Positions 9,398 to 19,102 are shown, counted from the first letter of the stretch. The stretch: DNA of 64,000 nt from Treponema sp. (GCA_045643225.1 JAZUKJ010000119.1:31927-95926), one strand, 5' to 3'. Translations and numbers: made by a program. Notes: generated by a model not told the origin, from the sequence alone.

Positions 9398-10276
9398 ATG
9401 TTTAGCGACACCCATTTTCATTTTAGAATGACCGCCCAGGAAAATCCTGAGTGCGGGGCCGGATTGCTGGAGTCCTATGCCAGTTCAAAACCTTTGTTTG
9501 CCTTGGACATCGGTACCAGGTGCGATGACCTTTTGCCTCGCATCGGTTTTGCAAAAAAATCTTTAAGCCTGATGTCCCCAGACAAAAGGGCCACGGCGGA
9601 AAGGTTTCTTTACTTTAGCGCAGGAATCTGGCCTGATGTTGAGGAAATAAAGAAACGGGAAGAATGTGTCCGTACACTGGAAAACCAGATAGATGTCGTT
9701 ATGCGTGACGAAAACTTGAAGGACACTCTTGTGGCCATCGGGGAATGCGGATTGGACCATCACTGGAACCCTTCGAATCCTGATGCCAGAAACGAAAGCG
9801 ATTTTTCTTCCACCGTTTATGAAGGTGAAAGGGAGCTTTTTTTGATGCAGCTGGACATAGCGAAAAAAAAGGACCTTCCTGTTGTGGTCCATTCAAGGGA
9901 TGCCTTTGACGGAACCGTTTCCTGTCTGGATGAATCAGGATGGAACAGGGGTGTCATACACTGCTATTCCTATGGCATTGACGAGGCGAAACAGTTTTTG
10001 GACCGGGGATGGTATATTGCCTTTGGCGGGGCGACCACCTATACAAAAAAAAGTCGCATGGAGGACATGAAAAAACTTTTGAACTATGTGCCGCTGGACA
10101 GGATGCTTCTTGAGACAGATTCGCCCTATCTTGCACCAGTTCCTGTGCGTGGAAAGCCGAACACCCCGCTAAATATCCATTATTCGTACGAGTTTATTGC
10201 ATCGAACCTGGGGGTGGAGGTGGATAAGTTGTGCGCCTCGGTTGACGAAAACATAGGCAGGCTCTTCCGTCTGTAA
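9398..10276 (+). CDS. tatD: TatD family hydrolase/DNase
   Basis: DTHFH, AIGECGLD, VHSRDA, IHCY and LETDSPYLAP motifs. Confidence 0.93.
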   Translation: MFSDTHFHFRMTAQENPECGAGLLESYASSKPLFALDIGTRCDDLLPRIGFAKKSLSLMSPDKRATAERFLYFSAGIWPDVEEIKKREECVRTLENQIDVVMRDENLKDTLVAIGECGLDHHWNPSNPDARNESDFSSTVYEGERELFLMQLDIAKKKDLPVVVHSRDAFDGTVSCLDESGWNRGVIHCYSYGIDEAKQFLDRGWYIAFGGATTYTKKSRMEDMKKLLNYVPLDRMLLETDSPYLAPVPVRGKPNTPLNIHYSYEFIASNLGVEVDKLCASVDENIGRLFRL

Positions 10277-10339
10277 CTTTTATTCGTGGGTCGGGGTCCG
10301 TTCATTTTTTGAACGGAGGCAGATTATTTTGCACGCATG

Positions 10340-10368
10340 TTGAAAAACTGTTTTATAAATGATATGTT
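10340..10368 (+). promoter_or_regulatory. sigma70 promoter, probably yielding a leaderless mRNA
   Basis: TTGAAA (10340-45), 17 nt, TGa-TATGTT (10363-68); ATG 7 nt downstream with no SD. Confidence 0.55.
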
Positions 10369-10375
10369 TTAGTCT

Positions 10376-11026
10376 ATGTATACGTTTTTATTCGCTTGTA
10401 TTCCATTGATTGTTTTGTTGGTTTGCTGTTCAAGTGGAAAGCATAACTGGAAGTCCTTCATTCCTCCTGTGGCAATTGGGGGACTTGTTGCCCTTGTATT
10501 TTATTTAAGCAGAAAGTTTGTTTTTTTCAACCGATATACATGGACAACAGATTTGGCATCAGCGGTCGTTCATATTACCGTCTATGATGTTATTATTCCT
10601 TTCGTTATCTGTATGGCTGTGTTCTGTATTTTTGACAGATCCAAGCTGGTCTACAAGGCCGAATCGATTGCACCTTTGATGTTGACATTTTTTGCGGTGA
10701 TGGTTCCTTACAACATCATCTCCGGGGATGACGGTATTGCCAGTTTCATGATTTTTGGAAAACCTTTGCTGTACGCCGGCATGCCGGTCCTTGTTTCCGT
10801 TTTCGCGACATTGGGTGCGGAATTTGTTGAAAAGAAGCAGCTGGTACCAGGAATCCTGTTCTTTGTATTGGGACTTCCTTGGCTTGTGGTCCCTGCAATC
10901 GTTGAGACCCTCTGGTATTATTCCGGAAATTCGGTCTACATTTTTGTCTCCGCCGGATTCGCTGTGGCAAGCGTGTTGATTTATCTGGTGGTGAATATCT
11001 TCAGGGGAATGAAAAAAAATAAATAA
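10376..11026 (+). CDS. Hypothetical integral membrane protein
   Basis: 216 aa with about 6-7 hydrophobic segments. Confidence 0.75.
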   Translation: MYTFLFACIPLIVLLVCCSSGKHNWKSFIPPVAIGGLVALVFYLSRKFVFFNRYTWTTDLASAVVHITVYDVIIPFVICMAVFCIFDRSKLVYKAESIAPLMLTFFAVMVPYNIISGDDGIASFMIFGKPLLYAGMPVLVSVFATLGAEFVEKKQLVPGILFFVLGLPWLVVPAIVETLWYYSGNSVYIFVSAGFAVASVLIYLVVNIFRGMKKNK

Positions 11027-11030
11027 AATA

Positions 11031-11066
11031 GGGCAGCTCTAAAAATTGAAATTTTTAGAGACTTCC
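11031..11066. repeat. Palindromic intergenic repeat, copy A
   Basis: GGGCAGCTCTAAAAAT-TGAA-ATTTTTAGAGACTTCC. Confidence 0.75.
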
Positions 11067-11200
11067 AATATAATCAGTCCAGAAAGGCTGCATATTACTA
11101 GACAAATTATTTGTTTTTTTGATATTATTTCTTTCGTATCAAATAGTCCGTTTGGACTTTTGTTTATAAATAGAGTGTTAAGCAACACCAAGGAGGAGCG

Positions 11201-11728
11201 TTGGCAGACAATAAGGGAATGCGCGTAAATGAACAGATTCGCGTGCGTGAGGTCAGACTCATTGATGATGAAGGTAATCAGAAGGGAATTATCCCTACAA
11301 TCGAAGCCCTCAAGATGGCAAGGGAGCGTGATCTCGATCTTGTTGAAGTATCGCCGAATGCAAATCCACCGGTTTGTAAAATACTCGACTTCGGAAAATA
11401 CCGTTTCGAACAGGAGAAAAAACTCCGTGACTCCAAGAAGAAACAGAAGGTATTGAAGCTTAAGGAAATTCGTATGCAGCCAAAGATTGGCCCAGGCGAC
11501 CTTGACACGAAGGCAAAACACGTTCAGGAATTCCTAAACGAAGGCGATAAGGTCAAAGTTACTATCCGTTTCCGCGGAAGAGAACTTGCTCACACCGAGC
11601 TCGGCTTTGATGTCCTGAAGGAAGTAGAAAAAAGACTTGAAGAAGGTTCCTATGTTATCGAAAAGCCTGCCGCAATGGAAGGTAGGTTCATGTCAATGAC
11701 ATTGGGCTCAAAAGTCGTAAAGAAGTGA
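11201..11728 (+). CDS. infC: Translation initiation factor IF-3 (TTG start)
   Basis: [47 protein letters not shown]; AGGAGG at 11191. Confidence 0.97.
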   Translation: MADNKGMRVNEQIRVREVRLIDDEGNQKGIIPTIEALKMARERDLDLVEVSPNANPPVCKILDFGKYRFEQEKKLRDSKKKQKVLKLKEIRMQPKIGPGDLDTKAKHVQEFLNEGDKVKVTIRFRGRELAHTELGFDVLKEVEKRLEEGSYVIEKPAAMEGRFMSMTLGSKVVKK

Positions 11729-11738
11729 GGTTTTTATT

Positions 11739-11939
11739 ATGCCAAAGATGAAGACAAAGAAGTCTGCAGCAAAACGCTACAGCCTTACTGGAACTGGCAA
11801 AGTTAAGTACAAGAAAATGAATCTTCGCCATATTTTGACAAAGAGATCACCAAAGCGCAAGATGAATCTTCGCCACGCTGGTATTCTTTCTGAAGACCAG
11901 GCAAAGAAAATTCGCAAGCAGATGCTTCCATACGGTTGA
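11739..11939 (+). CDS. rpmI: 50S ribosomal protein L35
   Basis: [21 protein letters not shown]; RHILTK. Confidence 0.97.
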   Translation: MPKMKTKKSAAKRYSLTGTGKVKYKKMNLRHILTKRSPKRKMNLRHAGILSEDQAKKIRKQMLPYG

Positions 11940-12000
11940 TTTTATCAACTGGAAAGCAAAAGTTTGTTAGATTTAATTTGTTAGATAGGAGAAAAGAAAA

Positions 12001-12360
12001 ATGCCTAGAGCGATAGATGGAACAAAAAGAAAGAATCGTCGTGCCAAGATTTTGAAGCTTGCAAAGGGCTTCTATGGTGACAGAAAGTCAAATTATAAGC
12101 CTGCAAAAGATGCCGTTGTTAAGGCTCTTGATCATGCATATTCTGGACGCAAGTTGAAGAAGCGTGATTACCGCTCATTGTGGATTGCTCGTATCAACGC
12201 TGCAGTTCGTGAGCAGGGAATGTCTTACAGCCGTTTCATTGACGGACTTACAAAGGCTGGCGTTACTCTTAACCGCAAGGCTTTGAGCAACATGGCAATC
12301 GAAGATCCAACAGCATTCAAGGCTGTTGTTGAAGTTGCCAAGAACGCACTTAACAAATAA
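12001..12360 (+). CDS. rplT: 50S ribosomal protein L20
   Basis: [11 protein letters not shown]; [19 protein letters not shown]; [11 protein letters not shown]. Confidence 0.98.
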   Translation: MPRAIDGTKRKNRRAKILKLAKGFYGDRKSNYKPAKDAVVKALDHAYSGRKLKKRDYRSLWIARINAAVREQGMSYSRFIDGLTKAGVTLNRKALSNMAIEDPTAFKAVVEVAKNALNK

Positions 12361-12369
12361 GGCGAATTT

Positions 12370-12948
12370 ATGATTTCACTCGATCAGGTTGTTCTTTTAC
12401 AGAGAAAGGTTGAAGCCGCTGTTGCAAAAATCAAGTCACTTAGTGGCGAGATTGAACAGCTTTCTTCAGAAAACGATGCTTTGCGTAGAAAATGCGCAGA
12501 GCTCACAAATGCGTTGGCTGATAAATCGGGGTTGGTTTCATCTTTGGAAGCTGAACAAAACCAGATCGAGCAGAGCATATTAACGGCCCTGGATCAATTG
12601 GATGCGGTGGAGGACTCTGTTCTTTCCACAGTGGCTGCAGAGGAATCGTTGGATACTGTTCCTGAGGGACAGGTTAACGAAGGTTCCTCTGTCGTAGCGG
12701 AAGCTGAAAATCATGTCCAGGGTTCTGTTGTTTTAAACGAAAGTTCTGTGGAAAAATCTCCTGAACCACCTGTTGAATCACAGGCCACAGGTTCCGTTGA
12801 ATTTCCAGCAACAAAACCAAGGGTGCTGGATCCTCTTGCCAATTCATCTTCATATGTATCCGAAAATGGTTTCAATAACGGTGGCGCACAGGGAAATGTT
12901 GGCTCTGGAGAGGAAAAACCGGAAGCAAATCAGTTTGATATTTTCTAA
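12370..12948 (+). CDS. ZapB-like coiled-coil cell division protein with acidic tail
   Basis: N-terminal coiled coil (LDQVVLLQRKVEAAVAKI); lies directly upstream of zapA. Confidence 0.65.
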   Translation: MISLDQVVLLQRKVEAAVAKIKSLSGEIEQLSSENDALRRKCAELTNALADKSGLVSSLEAEQNQIEQSILTALDQLDAVEDSVLSTVAAEESLDTVPEGQVNEGSSVVAEAENHVQGSVVLNESSVEKSPEPPVESQATGSVEFPATKPRVLDPLANSSSYVSENGFNNGGAQGNVGSGEEKPEANQFDIF

Positions 12949-13009
12949 TCCGTTTTCCGGCGGATTTTACTGTTGAATAAAAAGTTTTTCTGTAGTCAGA
13001 GAGAATAGT

Positions 13010-13312
13010 ATGGGTAAGATTCAAGTTGACATGCTGGGTACGAATTTTACTATTCGTGCGAAAGAAGATGACGCTTATTTAAGTAAGCTTTATTCATATT
13101 ACAAGGAAATCACAAATACAATCCAGATAAATAAAAATCTTGACAATCCTCTGCAAGTAAGCATATTGGCTGGAATCACTTTGGTTGATGAATTGCTAAA
13201 GGAAAAGGCCCAGAATATTGTCAACAAGGAAGCCGAAAAAAATTCTGATAAGGTTCAGCTGGCCGAAAAGATGACCGCTGATATGATTGACAAAATAAAT
13301 CAGGTCCTCTAG
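13010..13312 (+). CDS. zapA: Cell division protein ZapA
   Basis: IQVDMLGTNFTI...EDDAYL...SILAGITLVDEL pattern. Confidence 0.8.
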   Translation: MGKIQVDMLGTNFTIRAKEDDAYLSKLYSYYKEITNTIQINKNLDNPLQVSILAGITLVDELLKEKAQNIVNKEAEKNSDKVQLAEKMTADMIDKINQVL

Positions 13313-13331
13313 TTTTTTTTGGGTGTACAGT

Positions 13332-13808
13332 ATGGAAAATAGTGCCGCTGCTTTTACTGTATGGCTGGACGCAGATTCCTGTCCTGCCGTGGTCAGAAAG
13401 ATATTGCTAAAAAATTCCATTACGAATAATGTCCCCGTCATTTTTGTCGCAAACAGAAACATCCCCGCCGATATCGAAAGCGAACTTTTTTCAATGGTGG
13501 TCTGCTCTGCTGAACATGGATCAGCGGACGACTATATTGTATCTCATATTGCAACCGACGATGTGGCTGTAACAAGGGACCTGCCTTTGGCGAAACGGCT
13601 GCTGGAAAAAGGCTGCACTGTCATGAACGACAGGGGAACCCTCTTTGATGAAAGGAAGCTGAAGGAAATGCTGGAGGAAAGGGAACTCAGCATGCAGATG
13701 GCAGCGCTGGGAATCCGGACCGGTGGAACCTCTGGAGGCTTTGGGAAAGAGGAAATTAAAAAATTCGCGGACTGTTTCTGTAACCTTCTCAGGAGCCGAA
13801 TCCAATAA
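13332..13808 (+). CDS. YaiI/YqxD (DUF188) family protein
   Basis: WLDADSCP, SADDYI, VTRDLPLAKRLLEKG, MNDRG motifs. Confidence 0.88.
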   Translation: MENSAAAFTVWLDADSCPAVVRKILLKNSITNNVPVIFVANRNIPADIESELFSMVVCSAEHGSADDYIVSHIATDDVAVTRDLPLAKRLLEKGCTVMNDRGTLFDERKLKEMLEERELSMQMAALGIRTGGTSGGFGKEEIKKFADCFCNLLRSRIQ

Positions 13809-13819
13809 TCTTTTGGAAA

Positions 13820-15085
13820 TCAGCTTATGGATTTGTTGATGGCCTCAAGCCTGTCCAAAATCTTCAGGAAAATATCTACAATCTCTGGGTCAAACTGTTT
13901 TCCGCTTTGACCTTTTATTTCGTTCACAGTATCTTCCAGGGTCCATTCCTTTTTGTACGAACGCATGTGACGTAGGGCATCATAGACGTCCGCCAATGAT
14001 ACGATACGTGCCGCAAGAGGAATGTCTTCTCCTATTAATGGCTCGATTATGTCAGGGGTAGGGTCGCCTGGAGCAAAGTCCATGTAGTCGGCCACTTTTC
14101 CAGGGTACCCCCGCTGGTCGCCGTTATAGTACTGATGGTGGTTAAGGCACACATCGATGGCCATTTTATCCACATCGCTTTCAGGAGGAGAAAAAATCTG
14201 TGCCCCAAGAATTGTGTGGGCCTTCATGATGTTGCGTTCCTCGTCTGTCAGAGGGCCGTCCTTTTTTAGAATCTTGTCCGGGATGGCGACTTTTCCAACG
14301 TCATGGCATTTTGCGGCCTGCTTAAGGTTGTTTCTGTATCTGTATCTTTCCCGGTCAGGAATATTGTGTCTGCTGGCATAGATATCATATATTTCGACAG
14401 CAAAGCTTGATACCCTTTCGACATGGGCGCCGGTCTCTTTTGGATCCCTGAAGCCCGCCGTCCTTACAAGACGGGATATGATGTGCTTCGTGAGGTATGC
14501 GTATTCATAAATCTGGCCAATGTTTGTGGCGAAATGGGATATGTAGAATTCCGCGTCGTCATCGAACGGGATGTTCTTTCCCTTCGCATCCCTGGCGTTG
14601 ATAATCTGCAGCACACCAAGGATTTTTCCGTTTGTCATCATCAACGGTATGGTGAGCATGGATGTTGTATGGTAGCCGGAAATCATGTCCGTGGTGGAAG
14701 AAAAATTGTATGGACGCTTGACGGTCTTTGCATCGTCCTCGTATTCCTCCATATTGTACACATCCGGTATGTTGATTGTCTTCTTGGAAAGGGCGCAGTA
14801 TCCACAGATGGTTTCGCTGTTCACCGGGAACGAGAAGGCAAGGTAAGGCAGTTTTTCTCCTTTCTGTAGTTTTGCCTGCTGGGTATAGTTTATGCTGTAC
14901 TTGATTTTTAACGTGTTGTTGGATTCGTGGTAAGAATAAATGGAACCTGCATCCGCGTTTACAATTTGGCAGGCGGAAATGAGAATGTTTTCAAGGAGCA
15001 AATCCTCGTCCTTGATTTCACTGAGCATACGCTCAATCTGTGTCATTTGCCTGAGTTTGGTCTGATGCTTGTCCAGTTTTTTCAT
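13820..15085 (-). CDS. GAF + HD-GYP domain c-di-GMP phosphodiesterase
   Basis: N-terminal GAF (DAGSIY; SMLTIPLM; GVLQIINA); RDPKETGAHVERV, HDVGK, NHHQ, GYP, RIVSLADVYDAL. ATG 15085 is supported by the promoter position. Confidence 0.9.
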   Translation of the reverse strand: MKKLDKHQTKLRQMTQIERMLSEIKDEDLLLENILISACQIVNADAGSIYSYHESNNTLKIKYSINYTQQAKLQKGEKLPYLAFSFPVNSETICGYCALSKKTINIPDVYNMEEYEDDAKTVKRPYNFSSTTDMISGYHTTSMLTIPLMMTNGKILGVLQIINARDAKGKNIPFDDDAEFYISHFATNIGQIYEYAYLTKHIISRLVRTAGFRDPKETGAHVERVSSFAVEIYDIYASRHNIPDRERYRYRNNLKQAAKCHDVGKVAIPDKILKKDGPLTDEERNIMKAHTILGAQIFSPPESDVDKMAIDVCLNHHQYYNGDQRGYPGKVADYMDFAPGDPTPDIIEPLIGEDIPLAARIVSLADVYDALRHMRSYKKEWTLEDTVNEIKGQSGKQFDPEIVDIFLKILDRLEAINKSIS

Positions 15086-15111
15086 AAGCCCTTTTTTCCC
15101 TTTGGACGGTA

Positions 15112-15140
15112 ATGATAGCAAAAAACAACGAATTTTTCAA
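15112..15140 (-). promoter_or_regulatory. sigma70 promoter for the HD-GYP gene
   Basis: Minus strand: TTGAAA, 17 nt ending TGc, TATCAT. Confidence 0.7.
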
Positions 15141-15399
15141 TAAGTCTAGAGAATTTTGACTTTTCATTCAAGGGTTTGGTTTATGATTTTTTTTATCCGC
15201 GTCCTTTCCGTGTGCTAAAAGTCGGTCCCGCTTATGCATTTCTTTGTCCAGATGATGCATTTTTCCCAAAAATTCATTTTATTCATAGGGAAACCTCTAA
15301 ATATTTCTAAATTTTTGCAACCTTTTTGGCTTCCGGTGGTCAAATAGATTAAAATATGTCAATTTTTATAAAAGTTTTGACAGATTAGGGGTTTACTTT

Positions 15400-16419
15400 A
15401 TGGAAAACATTATACCGATTTTTTTCGCGACAAATGACAATTATGCACCTTACTTGGGTGTCGCGTTAAAATCCATGCTGGAGAATGCAAGCAAGTCTTA
15501 TTTTTATAAAACATATGTTCTCATGACAGATTTGTCAGAGGATCATAGAAATCGTTTAAGTCAGGTGGTCGCCGATTACAAGAATGCTTCAATCGATTTT
15601 GTTGACGTGGCAGCCGAATGTAACAAGATGGGCGGCATGCTTCACATGAGGGACTACTACTCAAAGGAAACCTATTACCGTTTCTTCATTTCACCGCTTT
15701 TCCCTCAGTATGACAAGGTTATATACCTGGACAGCGATATTATCGTCAAGGGCGATATCGCCGACATGTACAACGAAGATATTGGAGATAATCTGCTTGG
15801 TTCTGCCGTTGAGGAAGTTGTCTACCTTAGCGAGGAACTTGGGGCCTATTCGGAAATGTGTCTTGGGGTACCGTGGAAAGATTATCTTGGTGCCGGAATC
15901 CTTGTTATCAATTCCAAGTTGTTCAGGGAGGAGCATGTTGAGGAACAGTTCGTCAATCTGCTCAAGGACTATAAGTTTACGGTCGCCCAGGACCAGGATT
16001 ATTTGAACGTAATCTGCTTGGGAAGAATCCATTACCTGAACCTTGGATGGAACAAGACAGCCTTCGTTAATCCTGATTTTGATGACAAGGATCTGCAGAT
16101 TATCCACTACAAGATGAGCTGGAAACCATGGCTCAATGACAATGTTACCTACGAGGACTATTTCTGGAAATACGCCGACGGTTCTCCTTTCTATGATGAA
16201 ATCATGAAGATAAAGAAGTCCTATACAGACGAAGAAAGGGCCAGGGACGATGTGGCAGGAAAGAAACTGATTGAGACCTGTCTCAAGGATGCATACGATC
16301 CTGAAAACTATTTCTGCACCCAGAAAAAACTTGGCAATCCACAGTTGAAGGAGATTGTCAAGAAGCTCAATACCTGCAAAAATGCATTCATGAAACCGGA
16401 AGTTTTTAATCTGGACTAG
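15400..16419 (+). CDS. Glycosyltransferase family 8
   Basis: IFFATNDNYAPY, YYRFFI, VIYLDSD (DxD), QDQDYLN, IHY...KPW. Confidence 0.92.
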   Translation: MENIIPIFFATNDNYAPYLGVALKSMLENASKSYFYKTYVLMTDLSEDHRNRLSQVVADYKNASIDFVDVAAECNKMGGMLHMRDYYSKETYYRFFISPLFPQYDKVIYLDSDIIVKGDIADMYNEDIGDNLLGSAVEEVVYLSEELGAYSEMCLGVPWKDYLGAGILVINSKLFREEHVEEQFVNLLKDYKFTVAQDQDYLNVICLGRIHYLNLGWNKTAFVNPDFDDKDLQIIHYKMSWKPWLNDNVTYEDYFWKYADGSPFYDEIMKIKKSYTDEERARDDVAGKKLIETCLKDAYDPENYFCTQKKLGNPQLKEIVKKLNTCKNAFMKPEVFNLD

Positions 16420-16428
16420 GAATTGTTT

Positions 16429-17295
16429 ATGGCACCTGAGAAAAATAAAGAACGTCTGGCCGTTATTGAACGGATAAAGGAATATGAAAAAAAAGGCTGG
16501 TGGAACAAGGATGTTGAGGACGACCCTCCAACTGTTCCTCTAAAGCCGGGGCAGTGCGACTATCTTAATAAAAGCTTTTTCAGCTGGATTCAGATGAAAT
16601 TTGTCAACACCCAGGCCCGCCGCTTTATAAGGAACCTTGTAAAAAAAGGCCAGCTTGTTTTGGATCCTGTGGACGGACTTGAAAAATTCATTGCGATGAA
16701 GGATAAGGGCGCCATAATCACTTGCAACCACTTTAATGCTTTTGACAATTTTGCAATATACTATTGCCTTGAAAAATACATCAGACGCAAGCAGCTCTAT
16801 AAAGTAATCAGGGAGGGAAACTATACCTCCTTTCCTGGTATCTACGGGTATTTTTTCAGGCACTGCAACACCTTGCCTTTAAGCTCCAACTTTTCCGTCA
16901 TGAAGGAATTTATGAACGCGGTGGACACTCTGCTTCAGAGAAACGAAAAGGTTTTGGTCTATGCAGAGCAGGGGATGTGGTGGAACTACAGAAAGCCTCG
17001 TCCAATGACCAATGGAGCCTTCCGCTTTGCGGTCAACAACAATGTTCCTGTCATTCCGCTTTTCATAACGATGAAGGATACCGACAGTATTGACGGTGAC
17101 GGATTCCCAATCCAGAGATATACCCTTCATGTCCTGGACCCTATTTATCCTGACGCAAACAAGTCAAGGAAAGAAAATGAGTCTGCCATGATGGAAAACA
17201 ACTTCCAGCAGTGGAAGGACTGTTACGAAAAGGCCTACTCGATGCCCCTCACTTATGGGGATGATACAAACTTTATTGGTGGTGACAAGATTTAA
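16429..17295 (+). CDS. PlsC-like (lysophospholipid) acyltransferase
   Basis: TCNHFNAFD (HX4D); YAEQG in place of FPEG; GAFRFAV...PVIP. Confidence 0.85.
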   Translation: MAPEKNKERLAVIERIKEYEKKGWWNKDVEDDPPTVPLKPGQCDYLNKSFFSWIQMKFVNTQARRFIRNLVKKGQLVLDPVDGLEKFIAMKDKGAIITCNHFNAFDNFAIYYCLEKYIRRKQLYKVIREGNYTSFPGIYGYFFRHCNTLPLSSNFSVMKEFMNAVDTLLQRNEKVLVYAEQGMWWNYRKPRPMTNGAFRFAVNNNVPVIPLFITMKDTDSIDGDGFPIQRYTLHVLDPIYPDANKSRKENESAMMENNFQQWKDCYEKAYSMPLTYGDDTNFIGGDKI

Positions 17296-17298
17296 GCT

Positions 17299-18099
17299 AT
17301 GGACAAGCGAAAGGTTATCTATTACTCAGATGAACTCAACGAGGAATTTTCGTCAGCCCAGATTGATGCCATTGAAATTGATGAAAACTATAGATATGGT
17401 GATGCCGGCCTGTTGTGGAAATTGAAGCATTTTTTTATGTACAGGGTTGTGGCTTATCCGATTGCCTTCTTCTATATAAAGTTTGCGTGGCACCATAGGA
17501 TAGTGAACAGGGAGATATTGAAACCTTACCGCAAGCAGGGGTATTTTATTTTCGCAAACCATACCAACTCTGGAGCGGATGCAGTTATCCCTTCCTTTGT
17601 GAATCACCCGAAGACGGTCTACGTTATTGTCCATCCAAACAATGTAAGCATCCCCGGTCTTGGAAAATCAACCGCCTATATGGGTGCCCTGCCTTTGCCT
17701 GGAAACATGGGTGCCGCCAAAAATTTCATGGACGTAATAAAACTCAGGATGCAGCAGAAATCTGTAATCACGATATATCCTGAGGCTCACATATGGCCGT
17801 ACTATACAAAGATACGTCCCTTTACTGATGTGTCGTTCCGTTATCCTGTTCAATACGGGACCCCTGTATTCTGTTTTACAAATACATACCAGAAGAGAAA
17901 GTTTGGCAGGAAACCTAGGATTGTGACTTACGTTGACGGACCTTTTTTTGCGGAGGAAGGTCTAAGCCAAAAGGAAAAACGGGCTTCCCTTAGGGACCAG
18001 GTTTACGAAGCCATGTGCAGGGCCGCCGAAAATAACGAGGTTGAGCTTATCAAATACATCAAAAAAGAAGAAAAAACTGGAAGTGATAAAAATGATTAA
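17299..18099 (+). CDS. PlsC-like acyltransferase, second paralogue
   Basis: FANHTNSGAD; IYPEAHIWPYY; PVFC. Confidence 0.8.
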   Translation: MDKRKVIYYSDELNEEFSSAQIDAIEIDENYRYGDAGLLWKLKHFFMYRVVAYPIAFFYIKFAWHHRIVNREILKPYRKQGYFIFANHTNSGADAVIPSFVNHPKTVYVIVHPNNVSIPGLGKSTAYMGALPLPGNMGAAKNFMDVIKLRMQQKSVITIYPEAHIWPYYTKIRPFTDVSFRYPVQYGTPVFCFTNTYQKRKFGRKPRIVTYVDGPFFAEEGLSQKEKRASLRDQVYEAMCRAAENNEVELIKYIKKEEKTGSDKND

Positions 18100-18931
18100 C
18101 ATACTGTTCTGTGGAAACGACAAAGTGTTTGACGGTGCGTTGACTACAATGCTTTCTATCTTTAAGCGCACCACGACCGATGAACCATTCAAATTTTATA
18201 TCTACACGATGGATGTCTCCCATATAAAACCGGATTACAAGGCCTTTGATGACAATCAGATTGCCTTTCTGGACAAAGTGGCCAAGGACTACAACAAAGA
18301 GAATTCCGTCGTCAAAATTGATGTGGGCGAAATATACCGTAAGGAATTTTCCGGTTGCCCTAATGAGCAGTGCTACTGTTCCCCTTATACTTTGCTCCGT
18401 CTTTTTGCCGACCTGGTGCCTGGAATGCCTGACAAGCTTTTGTATCTTGATATTGACCTCATGTTCAATTCCGATATCAGAAAGCTGTGGGATATTGATG
18501 TAAGCGACTATGAATATGCCGCCGCGCCTGATCACTACGGAAAGCTGATACTTTTCTTTATCCGCAAATTTATCAACGCCGGGGTGATCCTGTTTAATCT
18601 CAAGAAATCCAAGGAGACGGGGCTGCTTAAAAAGAGCAGGGAACTCATAAAGACAAAGAAGTTGACCTTCGCTGATGAAAGCGCCATCATCAAAAGCACC
18701 ACAAGGCAGCTGAAGATAAGCCAGCGTTTCAACGACCAGAAGTTCCTGTACAAAAATACGGTCATCCGTCATTTTTCCAAGAGACTTTTCTGGACTCCAT
18801 ATCCGCATACCGCGAACATCAAGCAGTGGAAGGTGACCAAGGTTCATAAGGTGTTCGGCTACGAAAATTTTGATGACATCCTGTACGAATATATCTATTT
18901 AAAAAGAAAATTTGAGCTGGAAAACAGATAG
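18092..18931 (+). CDS. Glycosyltransferase family 8, second paralogue
   Basis: LLRLFADL, LLYLDID (DxD), INAGVILFNL, IRHF; ATG overlaps the upstream stop. Confidence 0.85.
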   Translation: MINILFCGNDKVFDGALTTMLSIFKRTTTDEPFKFYIYTMDVSHIKPDYKAFDDNQIAFLDKVAKDYNKENSVVKIDVGEIYRKEFSGCPNEQCYCSPYTLLRLFADLVPGMPDKLLYLDIDLMFNSDIRKLWDIDVSDYEYAAAPDHYGKLILFFIRKFINAGVILFNLKKSKETGLLKKSRELIKTKKLTFADESAIIKSTTRQLKISQRFNDQKFLYKNTVIRHFSKRLFWTPYPHTANIKQWKVTKVHKVFGYENFDDILYEYIYLKRKFELENR

Positions 18932-18995
18932 AGCGCCGTGGGGTAGGGGATTTTCCCTGAAGGCGGACAAGGACTAAAACTTTTTTCACTTAAAC

Positions 18996-19031
18996 GCACC
19001 TGCAGATTGGTTTCTGCGGGTGTTTTTTTTT
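18996..19031 (+). terminator. Rho-independent terminator of the GT8/acyltransferase operon
   Basis: GCACCTGCAGA-ttggtt-TCTGCGGGTGT plus T-run. Confidence 0.85.
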
Positions 19032-19066
19032 GTCTTTATTCGTGCCTATGGGGTTCGTTCATTTAT

Positions 19067-19102
19067 GGGAACCGCCAAAAATTACAATTTTTGGAGATGC
19101 CC
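19067..19102. repeat. Palindromic intergenic repeat, copy C
   Basis: GGGAACCGCCAAAAATT-AC-AATTTTTGGAGATGCCC. Confidence 0.75.

Noticed and set aside
11039-11521. 160-aa antisense ORF over infC
   Set aside because: Commonly seen shadow ORF opposite infC; no SD or domain
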